Source: Vicugna vicugna
Taxonomy: Eukaryota
Direction: 5' to 3'
Assembly (NCBI GenBank): GCA_013265495.1
Contig: MU062951.1
Coordinates: 992,001-1,056,000 of the forward strand
DNA: 64,000 nucleotides
Shown: one piece after another, positions 41,590 through 53,800 of the stretch
How positions within the stretch are numbered: position 1 is the stretch's first letter
Layout of the letters: each line of letters opens with the position of its first letter
The notes under the pieces: model-generated
Told to the model about the DNA's origin: nothing
The model's input: only the letters and a program-made list of their open reading frames with translations
The model's database searches: none
Position numbers and translations under genes: made by a program

Positions 41590-42620
41590 CTCGTTCTGGG
41601 ACGTCTCCTGTCCTGGCCCGCGCAACTGCAACAGAGCCCCTGGGGCCCTCGTGCCACCAGGCCGCCCCCGCGGAGCCCCCAGAACTTAACACTACGCGGA
41701 AGGAACGGAGCAGCGGCGCGGGTGGAGTCTGGGGCTCGGTCCCCCGCACAGTTCTGCAAGGAACGAGAGCCCGTGGCGGAAAGGCGAGCCCAGCTCTCCA
41801 GGGCCGGAACCACCAGACGCAACGCCCCCTCCGCAGGCGCGGAGATGCGCCCTGCGGGCGCTCTGTAGTGATCGTACCCCCGACCTTCGCTCGGCAGCGA
41901 TCGTACCCCCCCGACCTTCGCTCTGCGCGTGCGTGGCCCCGCCTCCCCGGACCTGGCCAGGGAGACGGCGCAACTTCCATCCCTCCCCCATCATCCCCTG
42001 CAGCCGGGCAGTCGCCCGGGCCTCGCCGCAGTGCGCAGTCTCGGCTCCTCCCCCGCTCCGCCCCGCCCGCGGGGAAACGGTCGCTCGGCGATGACGTCGC
42101 GGGGGCCTGGCCGGGCGTCGCGGACTCCAGAGATGGAGGAAAAGGAGCAATTACGGCGGCAGATCCGCCTCCTGCAGGGTGGGTCGGGCCGGGCTCGGGT
42201 CGCACGTCCCCTTCTTTCCCTTCACCTCACAGCGGGCCCCCGTCCACCTCCCCGAGGGGGGTTGCTCTCCACCTGCGGTCTCGGCGGCTAGGTCGGGTCG
42301 GGTAGGGAGATAAGGTGGGGTCCGGCTGGGGCTAGGGAACCCGGAGGGTCTTTCGGACCGGCCAGGGAGAGCCGTCGCTCGGTTTCGTCCCGCGGAAGGT
42401 ACGGGCGTTTCCCACGCTGCGGCAGGTGGCCGCGGAGCGGTCGCTTAGTAACCGGCGGGAGGCGGTTCCCCGCCCCCCCCCCCGCCCACCGGCGAGCAGG
42501 TCCTCTGCGCCCCTTTCCTCCCTCCCGGCGCCTGACCGTGGCGCGGAGGGCTGGTCCCTGGCGCTGCCGGGCATGGCGCACTCGGGGGCTGGCGTGTGTA
42601 TTTCTTCCCTGGACACCCCG
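41590..42620 (+). promoter_or_regulatory. ZC3H3: ZC3H3 CpG island and promoter with CRE-like TGACGTCG (42092-42099)
   Basis: CpG-dense, GC boxes, CRE-like motif 40 nt before the ATG. Boundaries approximate. Confidence 0.8.
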
Positions 42621-45600
42621 TTTTGACGCTCTTCTCTCCGTACAGCCACACTCTCCTTCATGTTCTGGGCCCAGATTCCCCAGGCGTCAGTTTCCAAACT
42701 TTGCAATTTTTTGACTCAAGTTGGCTTTCTATACTTAAAAAAAAAATCTACTTTTAGTTATTCCCACAAAGACTTAAGGACTTGGAAAGTGTGTATGGGG
42801 GAGTCCAGGAGGGCTGAACCCGCCTTCCTACCGCTTCCTGAATCTCCATCATACCTGCCTTGATGTGTCACCAGGTCTGGATATGGCTCTCTTTGGGCCT
42901 GGGGGCGGGACCTGTGGTTGGGGAGTGTTATAACTTGGGGGTTGGCTACTGGTTTGTTGACTGAGTTGTAACAGCTCCGATTGTTCCAGCCGAGGCCTTT
43001 GCCCCACCTGCACCAGGACAGCTGTCCAGGGGCTTCCCTGGAAAGGCCCCATGGTGGTCCACTGTGCTGGGGCTCCAGCTGGCCAGGCCTCTCCTCTCCT
43101 TAGGGGAGGGTGCTGTGACATTCTTGTCAAGTGGGGAGTGCCCAGAGGCATCAGTTATCTTACAGTCACCAGTCTGTGTGCCAGGCAGGGAGGTCATTAA
43201 GGTGCAATCCTGCCCCCTTTCTGTCCATGGGCAAGCCAGAGGGCCTCCATGACCGCCTGGACCCCTTCTTGTCAAGGCATTGCAGCATGGGGCCTTGCTG
43301 GTCTCTTCATATTGAGTGATATGTCCCCTCAAAGTGTTGTGGACCCAGTGTTGTATTCTCAGCAAATGGGAAATACTGTGCTGCAGATGTGCATTTTAAG
43401 GACAAGCAGGCAGAAATAGGACTGAAGTAGAACCAACAGGAAAAGCCTCATGGAAAAGATTGGCCGTGAGAGTTTGGGCTGAACTGTCAGTGGTTCTTAG
43501 GCCCTGGGGCTGCTCCTCCTGCACTGGAACCTGGCAGGGTCCAGTGGGGTCTGCAGGGTGTCTTGTCAGCGGATGCCCCTCTTGGGGATTCTTGCTGGTT
43601 TTACTTACTCTCTGGTTAACTAAGCCTGTGTTTCTCTCTTCTCAGGTCTGATTGACGACTACAAAAACCTCCATGGCAGTGCCTCTGCCCCAGGCACCTT
43701 CACCGCTCCCCAGTGGCAGCCACCCACTTACAACAGCAGCAGGGCCTTTAGTGCCCGCTACCCTCGCCCGAACCAGAGGGGTTTCTCCCTGAACCATGGG
43801 CCTACGTGGCGCAAGAAATACTCCCTGGTGAATCGGCCCCTGGCATCCTCGGACCCATCTGGCGACTGTGCTGCGCAGCCATCCCTTGGGGCTGGGGGCA
43901 GCCAGGGTTCCGAACCCCAGCAGTATGTCTTGGAGAGGCAGGTCCAGCTCAGTCCAGATCAGAACATGGTCATCAAGATAGAACCACCATCAGAGCCGGG
44001 TTCAGCCAGCGCTGCGGGGGTCTTGAGGGGCTTCGTGGATGGATATGAACACAGACCTCAGGGAGGTGAGGGTGAGCCCCCTGGTGGGCAGCGGCAGCTC
44101 TCTAGGCCAAGCAGAGCCAAAGGGAGCTACAGTGCCGAGGACCCCCTTCTGGTCTGCCAGAAGGAGCCTGGCAAGCCCCGGGTGGTGAAGTCTATGAGCA
44201 GCGTGAGCGACAGCCCCTCGGAGCCCCGGCGGACGGTCAGCGAGAGCGCGATTGCGGTCAAGGCCTGCTGCCTGCCCTCCAGCCTGCCCCAGCGGGGCTG
44301 CTTGGCCCTGGGCCGGAAGGTGGGCTCCCACTCTGTGGCCAGCTCTGTCACACAGCTCCTTGGGGACGGGAGAGCAAACGCTGGCTGCTCAGATCAGTCA
44401 GCTGCCTCTGGCTTGGTGACAGGCCCAGCAAGACCAGCTGCTGGACCCAGACAGACCCGGGAACCCTCGCTGCTCGTGTCCTGTCGAACCAACAAGTTCC
44501 GGAAAAACAACTACAAGTGGGTGGCTGCCTCGGCGAAGAGTCCCCGGGCCCCTCGGAGGGCCCTCAGTCCAAGAGCAGCAGCAGAGAATGTGTGCCAGGC
44601 TCCCTTTGCCACAGCAGAGCGGGTGGAGAAGCTGCAGCTCAGTGCCGACCTAGATGCCAAGCCCAGGAGGTCGGCTGTGTCCTCCATGCCTGGGGCGGCG
44701 CCCAGCAAGTACAAGTGGAAGGCCTCCAGCCCCTCGGCCTCCTCCTCGTCGTCCTTCCATTGGCAGTCAGAGGCTGGCAGCAAGGACCATGCCTTCCAGC
44801 TCTCCCCAGTCCCGTCTAGGTCCCCGCCGGGGGACCGACTAGCAGTCGGACACAGCAGCTTGAAGCCTGTCTTCAGTGAGACCCCGCTCTCAGCATACAA
44901 AGTGAAGAGCCGCACCAAGATCATCAGGCGGCGGGGGGGTGCTGGGTATGTGTCCCTGCCACCACCCCTGGTCTTGTCTGAGTAGGCAGGGTGGGGAGTG
45001 TGCTGGCCAGGCAGGCTCCCTGCTTGATATGTAGAGCAGGTGGGAGCTGGGAGGGCCCACCTGCAGAGGTGAGGGGTAGGAAGGAAGCATCGCCCTTATG
45101 GGGCCACGGTGTGGTGTTAACATATCTGGTAGGGATGAGGCCAGGGTTCCTGCTGTTCCTTACAGCTGAGTGAGGGGGGCTCAGCATGGCTAGGGGCTGC
45201 TTGCCTGGGGCCGCCAGCCAGGCGGGAACAGGTGGAGGTGGTGCCAGCAAGCCTACTGTTTGTCCTGTTGGTGAGAGACTAGAGGCTGCCGGGCTGGCTT
45301 CCTTCCTGGGACCCTGGGGGCTGTGGACGGACTGCTTTGTGCTCGGGCCAGGAGCTCGGCAAGCAGACCCGGCTGCAGTGCACCTGCAGGAGTCGTCTTT
45401 CCTCTAGGGAGGAAGGCTGCCCCTTGGCAGCCAGGGGACAGGGTGAGTCATTGCCTCACTGAATGCCTGTCGCCTTTCCCACTCTCCACATTCTCAGATC
45501 TTGAGGAGGCTGGAAGATGGAGTCACGGCCTGGTGCTCAGTCTGGGGTCAGGGACTCAATTGAGGTTGCTGCTAATGGCGGGGTCAGAGGGCCTGCCTGT

Positions 45601-46402
45601 GCCTTCAGACATGGTGACACTCGCCATCCTCCCAGCGAGTCCCACTCCAGGGTCCTTCCTGCTGTCTGGCCTTGATCTTGGGCCCTTCCTCCCAGACAGG
45701 TGCTGGCTTGGATTACTCGGGCTGTTTGCTTTTTCTGGCCAGTGGTCTATTTCAGTGAGGGTGGAAGGGGAGCCACGAGAGGGAGCCCCTCCTCCGGAGA
45801 GGGCAGGGGCGGCTGGGGGCAGCTCCACCTCGGATGGTGCCTGCCTCCTTTGCTCCTCCTCCAGGTCTGCTCAGGTTGGTGCTCATGTGGCTTGGGGAGG
45901 TGGAGGAGATGGCTGTGGACACGTCGAGTGGGCTCATGGGCTGCTGCCCTGTGCTCGCTGGTGCTGAGGTGGGGTGGGAGGGAGCAGCTGTCCTACAGCT
46001 GCTGAGGCTGAGTGGGTGGGAAAGCCAAGGGGGCAGGGCTGGAACCTGGGGGCAGCGGGGGAATGGCGGGGTGGGAGGAGAGGGGCTTGGCTGCCTCTCG
46101 GGGCTGCTTCTATGGCTCTGGGACCTGGGTGGTTAAGGTTGGGTGTGGGGAGCCACCCGCTGGGGGAGCCTGCTGAGAGCTGCCTGCCCTGTGTTTCTGC
46201 AGCCTTCCTGGGGACAAGAAGAGCAGCCCGCCACCTGCTGCAGCGGCCAAGAGTCAGTTCAGCCTGCGGCGGAGGCAGGCCCTCCGGGGGAAGAGCAGCC
46301 CCATTCTGAAGAAGACACCCAACAAGGGCCTGATGCAGGTCACCAGGCACCGGCTGTGCGGCCTGCCTGCCAGCCGGACCCAGCTCCCCGCTGCCAAGGA
46401 AG
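42133..46402 (+). CDS. ZC3H3: Zinc finger CCCH domain-containing protein 3, exons 1-3 only (gene continues beyond the window)
   Basis: Exons 42133-42178, 43646-44945, 46203-46402: MEEKEQLRRQIRLLQG|LIDDYKNLHG...WRKKYSLVNRP...RTNKFRKNNYKWVAAS...|LPGDKKSS...SLRRRQALRGKSSPILKKTPNKGL. I found no exon 4 or CCCH fingers before base 64000. Confidence 0.95.
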
Positions 46403-49400
46403 GTACGACCACTGGGAGGAGGGGATCTGGGGAGTTGCCCGAGAGGGTCTGCGCTGGTCCTGCCCTCCTCTCGGAGTGCTCAGCCTGGGCAGTGGAGGGC
46501 AGGAAGGGCCGGGCTGGGCAGGGGTTGGGGTGGGGTGCTGTGCCCTGCACTCTGACTAGGGAAGATGCTCCAGGCAGGCTCCTGGAGGCCTTTTCAGCAC
46601 ATCCCTCCGTGTCCTGTCCCTGGGAAGTGGGTGAGACCTGGAGGGGGAGGGGCGTGACTGGTGCCACCTGGGCTGCAGGTCAACCATCCCCTCCCTGTCG
46701 GCTCCTGCCTCTTCCTGGGGAAGCCTGAGCTGGCCTGGGAGGGGTGGGCTTTTCCCTCTTTTCGAGTGGTTGGTGTCCAGGAGAGAGGTGGGGAGCATTG
46801 TGGGCATGGTGCCCAACAAGGGTGGCTCCCCACTGTGAGGTGATGGCAGTGCCCTGAAGGACAGCCAGGATTCCTGCAGGCGCACCTGGCCCTGGCGTGG
46901 CCCCTTTGGGCAGTGGGGGAATGAGTGGCCATGACTCCCAGGTGGCCACGTGTGGATCTCGAGGTGATAGGGGTTTGGGGCTGAGCAGGCCCTGAGAGCC
47001 CAGTTGAAGGCGCTGTCCTTGGCCCAGCCAGGAGGCTTTCAAGGCTTCTGGATGACCGGGTGCCTGGGCAGAGCTGAGCATCTATGCGGGGAGCCATGAG
47101 AGGGTGGTCCCAGGCAGAGGGCTGATCAGGGCACAGGGGAGACATGAGGAAGTGAGGCCGGAGGGCACCGGCTGCCACCTGCCCTCCTTTGGCCCGTGTG
47201 TCATGGCAGGTGTAGATTTCATCCCAGGTGACAGAGCGCAGGGAGCCTGACTGACGGTCCCTGCTGGCCAGCAAGGTGCCTGGATCAGGGGTTGGGCCTT
47301 GGCTGCAGGACTGACTGGGAGTGAAGAGGTCGAAGGTGACCGACCTATAGCCAGGCTGCCTCGATTGAATGGATTGGATGGGTTGAGAGACTGGTGGCGG
47401 TGGCTGAGCCCCCGGGGAGTTTGGGGACAGGTGGAGGGTTCAGGTGGCCTCTTGAGGCATCTGGGAGAGAGGCCAGAAGATGGTGTCTATGGACATTGGG
47501 TCTCTGTGGGGACTCAGAGCCCCTGTTCAGATCCTCTCCATCACAATGTTGTCTCAGCCGCCAGAGGCTGGATGTGCAGAGAAGCTGCAGATGGAGATCT
47601 GTCCCCACAGATGAGGTGCCACATGGGGCTGGCAGCGTGCAGGCAGTGGCGGTGCTCAGGGCCGGCTGTGGGAGGTGGAAGTGGCCGTAGGCCTCTTCAC
47701 ATCCTGTCCAGGTGCTGGAGGTCCAGGAGGCCCGGGGCAGGGGTTTGGGGTCCCCTCCTGAACTCCTGTGGCCGGCGTTCCAGCTGGTCAGTGAAAAACA
47801 GACGTTTAGGGTGGCCGGCCGTGAGGAGGGTGTGTTGGGGTGAAGGGAGTCGGGGCAGCCAGGCAGGGCGCCTCGTGGAGGCGGTATTTCAGCAAGACGA
47901 CAGGGGTGTGGTAAGAGGTGGCTCGTGGGAGGAGCATCCCAGTCAGGGCAGCGTGCTGGGGAGGCCCTAAGGCCCTGTCCCTCCTCCTCGGGCCCTGCCT
48001 GGCCCCAGTGCTCTCTGGGGGGCGGAGTTCCTCGAGTGCTGTTGGCGTCTGCCGGGCATCAGGCCTCCATGCTGGGCCTGGAAGCGTGTGTTTGCAGAGC
48101 ACCTGCTGGGTCGGGTGTTGAGTGTGGCAGGGTTGTAGCAGACAGGGCTGGGCCCTTTTTTCTCCCTTCCTGCCTCCCGGGGTGCTGTGTCCTGAGACAG
48201 GGCTGGGCGCTGAGGGGTTTGTGGGGTGACCCAGGCAGGCACACCCTGACCTCTTGCCGCATGTGAGCTGCTCTCCCAGCTTGGCGGAGCCTCGACCGTC
48301 CCTGCCGGGCCTGCGCAGCGTCTGCCCCCACGGAGCCTGGTCTGGGGGCCGACAGCCTGAGACGGACTGTTGCCGTCCCGTGTGGCGGACGCCCCCAAGG
48401 AAGGAGCACCACGTGGTAGAGGAGGTCGTTCTGTCTCACAGGCTGAGGGCTGGCTCGAGGAGCCCTCTCCAGATGGGGTGGGAGGCGGGTGACACCAGAA
48501 AGTCTCCAGGCAGAGCCAGACTTTCCTGTGGGGCTGGAGGGTGGTCCTGATTGCGGTCCACAGTCACCGGGAGGCAGGGCAGAATCTTCCTCTGGTGCGG
48601 CTGGGGGTAGGGGTGTGAGGGCTGCCTCGGGCACAGGAACATCCTGGCAGCAGCTTTGCTGCAGGAACCGCTGGTGGAGGGACCTCAGGGGAGCTGGGGA
48701 GCTGGGTGGGGGCCGTAGGGGCAGCGTCCTGGGCTTGTGGGCTGGGTGCATTCTAGGACAATCCCCTGGTTGCCAGGTGGATGGCAGAGGGGTGAGGGGC
48801 TGACCGGGACCAGACACTGGGCCTGTGGGTGTGCTGAGCAGGCCAGGTGGAGGAGGAGGGCACTTCCTCAGGCCCTGCTGGCTTGTGAACCGCCTGGTCC
48901 TTCTTCAGGCCCGGAGCGGAGTAGGGTGTAGGCTGGGGATGGTGGAGGCCGCCACTGCTGACAGGGCGGGTGCGCTGCTCTGTGGGCACCGTGGGATGTG
49001 GGGTGTGGGGTAGGGGCTGCAGAGTCTACCGAGGGGGCTGACACAGTCCCTGTCTTCACATTTCTCTGCACTGGGAGGCAAATGAATAAGCTCGTAGTTA
49101 TAGTTGAATGTGATAGCCACGGATAACGATGCACAGAAGCCCTGCGGGGGAAAGGTTTGGAGAAAGTTTCCACCCACCCATTCATCCTCCCCTCACGCAC
49201 CCTCCATCCTCCATCCATCCCCACCCTCCACCTGCCTGTTCTCAAGCCCACCCACCTGGCCTCCGTCCGTCCATCCCCTCCCCTCCCCCCACCTAGCCAA
49301 GGACAGTGTGTGGTGCACCTCTGTGTGCAGGCAGTGTGCTGGCTCCTGGGGCACCGTGGGCGGTGGACGCAAATGCAGGTGCTTTAAAAGGTGGGAAAGT

Positions 49401-50068
49401 CGCTTTCTGGAGGCAGAAGCGCTCTGAGGAAGAGGAAGCAGGTGGCAGTATCGTGGGGGTGCTGCTGGGAAGTGGTCAGCTCTAGCCAGGCAGTTGGGGG
49501 CTTCTCCGAGGAGGGACATCTTAACTGAGACCTGTGTGAGGAGAGGAGCGAGCAGGCACATCTGCGCAGGCAGGGGCACGGGTGGGCTGAGCACTGCCTT
49601 TTCCAGGGGCAGAGGGGTCCCATGTGGCCGGCATCCCGGAGGGTGGGAGGGGCCAAGGCCAGAGGGCAGGGGGGACCAGAGGATGGGAAGGGTTATTCAG
49701 TGTTGTAGGTCTTGGGGTAAGGGAGTGAGGCCTTCCTGCCCTCCCTCGGTGGGCTCGAGCAGCTCTGTGTGCTTGTTGGGCTGTCTGTCCACATCGCCCA
49801 AGGTCGTGCTCTGCTGCCTCCTGGAAAGTGCAGACCCGAGCTAGGGCCTCCCTGGGAATGGGCGCAGGGAGCTTGGGTGGCCTCCTCACTGAGTAGCCTT
49901 GAGGCCTCTCATCCTGTTTCCTCACCCAAACTCGTAGTGCCAGGTGCCCCTCCTCTTTGAGCAAGGTCAGACTTGACCCCTGTGGGCTCCTGCACTTCTG
50001 GGGATGGAGATGAGAGGGACGGGTGGGGAGAGATGGGCTTCCCCCTTCAGCCCCGCTGTGCTTCTCAG

Positions 50069-50087
50069 TGGCCAGCAGAGGGCGCGC
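50069..50087 (+). promoter_or_regulatory. CTCF-binding motif, forward orientation
   Basis: TGGCCAGCAGAGGGCGCGC is a close match to the established CTCF core consensus (TGGCCACCAGGGGGCGCT). Confidence 0.75.
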
Positions 50088-50089
50088 TT

Positions 50090-50830
50090 GCCCCTCTTAT
50101 CCCTCATCCACCTTTTTCTGGTAATTGATTGCCTAATTTCCTCTTTATGTGAAAGANNNNNNNNNNNNNNNNNNNNNNNNNNNNNNNNNNNNNNNNNNNN
50201 NNNNNNNNNNNNNNNNNNNNNNNNNNNNNNNNNNNNNNNNNNNNNNNNNNNNNNNNNNNNNNNNNNNNNNNNNNNNNNNNNNNNNNNNNNNNNNNNNNNN
50301 NNNNNNNNNNNNNNNNNNNNTCTCCCTTGAGTTACCATTGCAGTGTAATTGCTGCGTTCAATCNNNNNNNNNNNNNNNNNNNNNNNNNNNNNNNNNNNNN
50401 NNNNNNNNNNNNNNNNNNNNNNNNNNNNNNNNNNNNNNNNNNNNNNNNNNNNNNNNNNNNNNNNNNNNNNNNNNNNNNNNNNNNNNNNNNNNNNNNNNNN
50501 NNNNNNNNNNNCAGCTCTGCCACTATATTGCTCAGCAGATAAGGGGACTAATAAAAAGAAAATTGAATTACTAATGATCACCAGGAACAGAGTATATAAA
50601 ACCTGGCAATCGCCGGTTCAGGAAAAGGGAGAATCAATTTTCTTGGGACAAGGTGCGCTCATTTTTTATTTTGGCGCATATTATCAGCAGTTTAATTTGA
50701 GAGCGCAGAAACAGGAGGCAGCAGTTAGGGAATGACGAGCCTGGAGGTGTAAAGTGCCGCAGGGTGTATGCTGTACACAGTTTATTTGGCACAACAGATA
50801 ATCGCTTTAATTGAACTCAAACCTGCATTG
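50090..50830. promoter_or_regulatory. AT-rich, non-repetitive intronic island, probable conserved non-coding element; N-runs at 50157-50320 and 50364-50511
   Basis: Abrupt drop in GC with no L1/LTR signature. Dense TAAT/ATTA, AGATAA and TGCTCAGCA motifs. Conservation itself is inferred. Confidence 0.6.
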
Positions 50831-53800
50831 TTCAGCAGGCCTGCGGCCGCTGGTGCCTTGGGGACTGAGCATTGTGGAGATTCCAGCCCGACTCCTCCTC
50901 TTGCTTTCCCTCCCCTACCTCTACCCTCACCTTCACTCTCTGGTCCAGCCCTCTGACCCTCCCGCCTAGTTCCCTGGGCCTAGAGTCAGGCTTCGGCTGA
51001 GGGGGTGGGGCGGGTGTCCCTGGGGGGGGGCCACAGGGTCTCCCCCTCTGCCGTCACAGGTCTTTCTGTCCTCCTTTTCATCCTAGGGTGGGTCTGTAGG
51101 CAGCTGGAGATGGAGAGGTGACACCTGAGAAGGGATGGGCAGGGGACCGCTCCTTGGCTGAATTGGACCCCAGAGAAGGCAGCAGAGGAGAGAACCTTTC
51201 TCAGACCTCAGAAGGTTTCCGGTTTGCCATCCACTGAATTGTGGAGTTGTCACAGTCTGCGCCAGCTCTCTCTCCAGGGCAGGCCTGTGGCTTCAGGGCT
51301 GGCTCCGTGGCTCCTCTGCCCTGGCCATGCTGGGCCCAGCACCATGACTCAGGCTGCCCTGCCCTTGGGTGGCAGACCCGATGTGCGCCACTGAGCTCAG
51401 CTCCCTGTGGGTGGAGAGGTTGTTGCCCGGTCCACACGATCCACAGGGCCCCAGGCTAGGAAACTCCATGGTGGCAATAGGTCACATGGTTCCTTCCAGC
51501 CACTTGTGAATGTTTGCTGGCCTGTGCCAAGGAAGAGCCACGGGTGGGTGGGTAAGGGTGTTCTCACCTCTGGAAGTTGCTGGGATGGGAGGATCCCCTC
51601 TGCCTCGTCTGCCCAGGGCAGTGAACGTGAGGCAGTAGCCCCCCCACCTCTCCCTCCTCTACCTGTCTAGAGCCCCAGACCTCGCAGACAGGCTGCCAGC
51701 GTGGAGGGCGGCCCGGGGCTGTGTGGGCAGGGCTGGGGCTGACTGGAAGGGCTGGGCTCTCAGGTGCTCAGGGGCAGACCTGAGGGCTTTCTCCTGAGCC
51801 GGGCCCCACACGGCTGCCTGCCCCTGGCTGAGAGCTTGCCAGGCTTGGGGCCACGCCAGCCACGCCATCCGGAAGAGCTGCTGTCACCTGTACATGGATG
51901 CTCAGTGGGGCGTTGACTCGCCGTTGGTCACTAGCAGGAAAGGCAGGTGTGACTTGGGCCCTTGTCTGGGCCTTACCCAGTCTTCACCGTGTAGCCCCCA
52001 GTCTCTGACACCTGGCCGTGGTGGCCAGTGAGGAGATCCTCTGGCTGGGGTCAGCCGGTGCTGGGGCCATCCCAGCCTGAGTGCGAGTGTCTGTCCCCAG
52101 TACCCGGGCTCCTCACCAAGCCCCCTGGGGGGCTGTCGTCCCCTCCCTCAGCCCCAGAGCAGGGACCTGTAGGGGCTGGGGATTCCTCAGGCACACAGTG
52201 CTCACTGGGGGGTGGGTCCCTGAGTGGCCCATCTGTGGGCTGACTGTAAGAGGACATCCTGGGCTGCCTCCCCCCACTGCTCGGTCATTTGGGCTTGAAG
52301 GGCCCCCCTTGGGGTGGTCACCATGTCCCTGGGGCGCCCTCCTGCTCCTGTGGAGTCAGAGCAGGCCCTCAGCTCCCTGGGCCCTGAAGCCTGTCAGTCG
52401 TGCTTAGTCTGTCAGGGGCGTTGGCGGGGCGGCGCTTGAGCAGGCGCCTGCTTGAGGACTCGGGAACGCACCTCCAGGGTGGTGCGGTGCCCGGGCCCAG
52501 CTCTGCTACAGCAGCTTCTCGGGAGCCACGGGAGACTGCAGAGCCGTCCTCACGTCCCCTCCTCTGGAGTCCTGCAGCCCCGCCCCTCTCCCACAGGCCC
52601 CGCCTCTCCTCTGACCCGGTGACCCAGTGGGCAGGGGCCCGCAGTCACACTGCAGCCCAGAACCCACTGCATGGTGCTGGGTGGCCTCAGGCCTGCGGGA
52701 AGATCAGGCAGGGGTCAGAGGGAGCAGAGCAAAGACTTGCCCTGGGCCTCCATTCTCATCACTAGGCCCGCTGAGGCATTCTGGGTTGGTCAGGAGCCAG
52801 GACCCTGAAGAGAGCAGGTGGGAGGAAGGAGGCAGGCTTCCTGTGGTAGGGAAGGGAGGATGCAGGACCAGGGCTGAGTGGCTCCGTGGTGTCCCCACCC
52901 TGCCCAGTGCTCCAGTCTGGGGCTCCCGAAGTGCTGGGGGCCCTGCTCTGAGCCTCCAGGCTGGTGCTGGCGTTGCCGTGTTCCGTTTCCACGTCTGGGT
53001 GGGGGTCAAGGGTCATCTCCTGGGCATGGCTGTGTGGGTTGAGGGGGTGGGCGGGCAGGCAGGCGCTTAGGGTGGGCTTAGCGGGTGCTAGCCTGGGTGG
53101 CGCCTCTTGTCCCCGCCGCTCTTCTCGCTGCTGGAGTTCCCCGCCGTGGCGTGCTCGCTGGATGCGGGGAAGGACGTGAGAGCGGTTCAGTCTGGACCGT
53201 GCTTCCTAAGGGGAAATAGAGGGGCTGCCGTCTGCCCTGTGAGAGGCAGACGCGGCCGGCTCGAGCCTGGCATGGACTGTTCGGCCTGTCTTTTACGTCT
53301 GTCGTGGCCTTGCCAATGAATTATTCCACAAGGGCGGCGTGGGAGTGTGTGTGCCCGTCAGGTGCAGCTGGCTCAGAGCCTCGGGTTGGAGAGGGGGGCT
53401 ACTGCGTCCTTCCCCGGCCTACCCACCGACTCCTGGCCTGGAAGGAGAGGTGACGTTCTCACGGTGTGGAGCACCTTCTCGCAGGCCTGGATCCCTAGGT
53501 TGGGGGCACCTTGGGCTGGTCTGAGTGGCACGAAGGAGTGGAGCGCCTGACCTGCAGCCTCTCCAGCCCCGGGGGCCGTTTTGAGACCCCAGCCCCTTTG
53601 GCCTCACCAGTCTGGCTGTGAGGCAGGACTTCGTGCGCTGCATCTCCACCGCCTCCTGTCACTCCTGGTCTCTGTTGCGCCCTGCATTGCTGCAGAGGAG
53701 GTGCCCGGTGAGCTCTGATCCATGCCTGATCCTGGAGAAGGAGGGGAAGGACACAACTTAAATTTGTTCTGGGCTCTGAGCTTGAGGTGACTGCTTCCTG

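Noticed and set aside
43828-44985. 385-aa ORF as a standalone gene
   Set aside because: It is the body of ZC3H3 exon 2 read past the donor at 44946.
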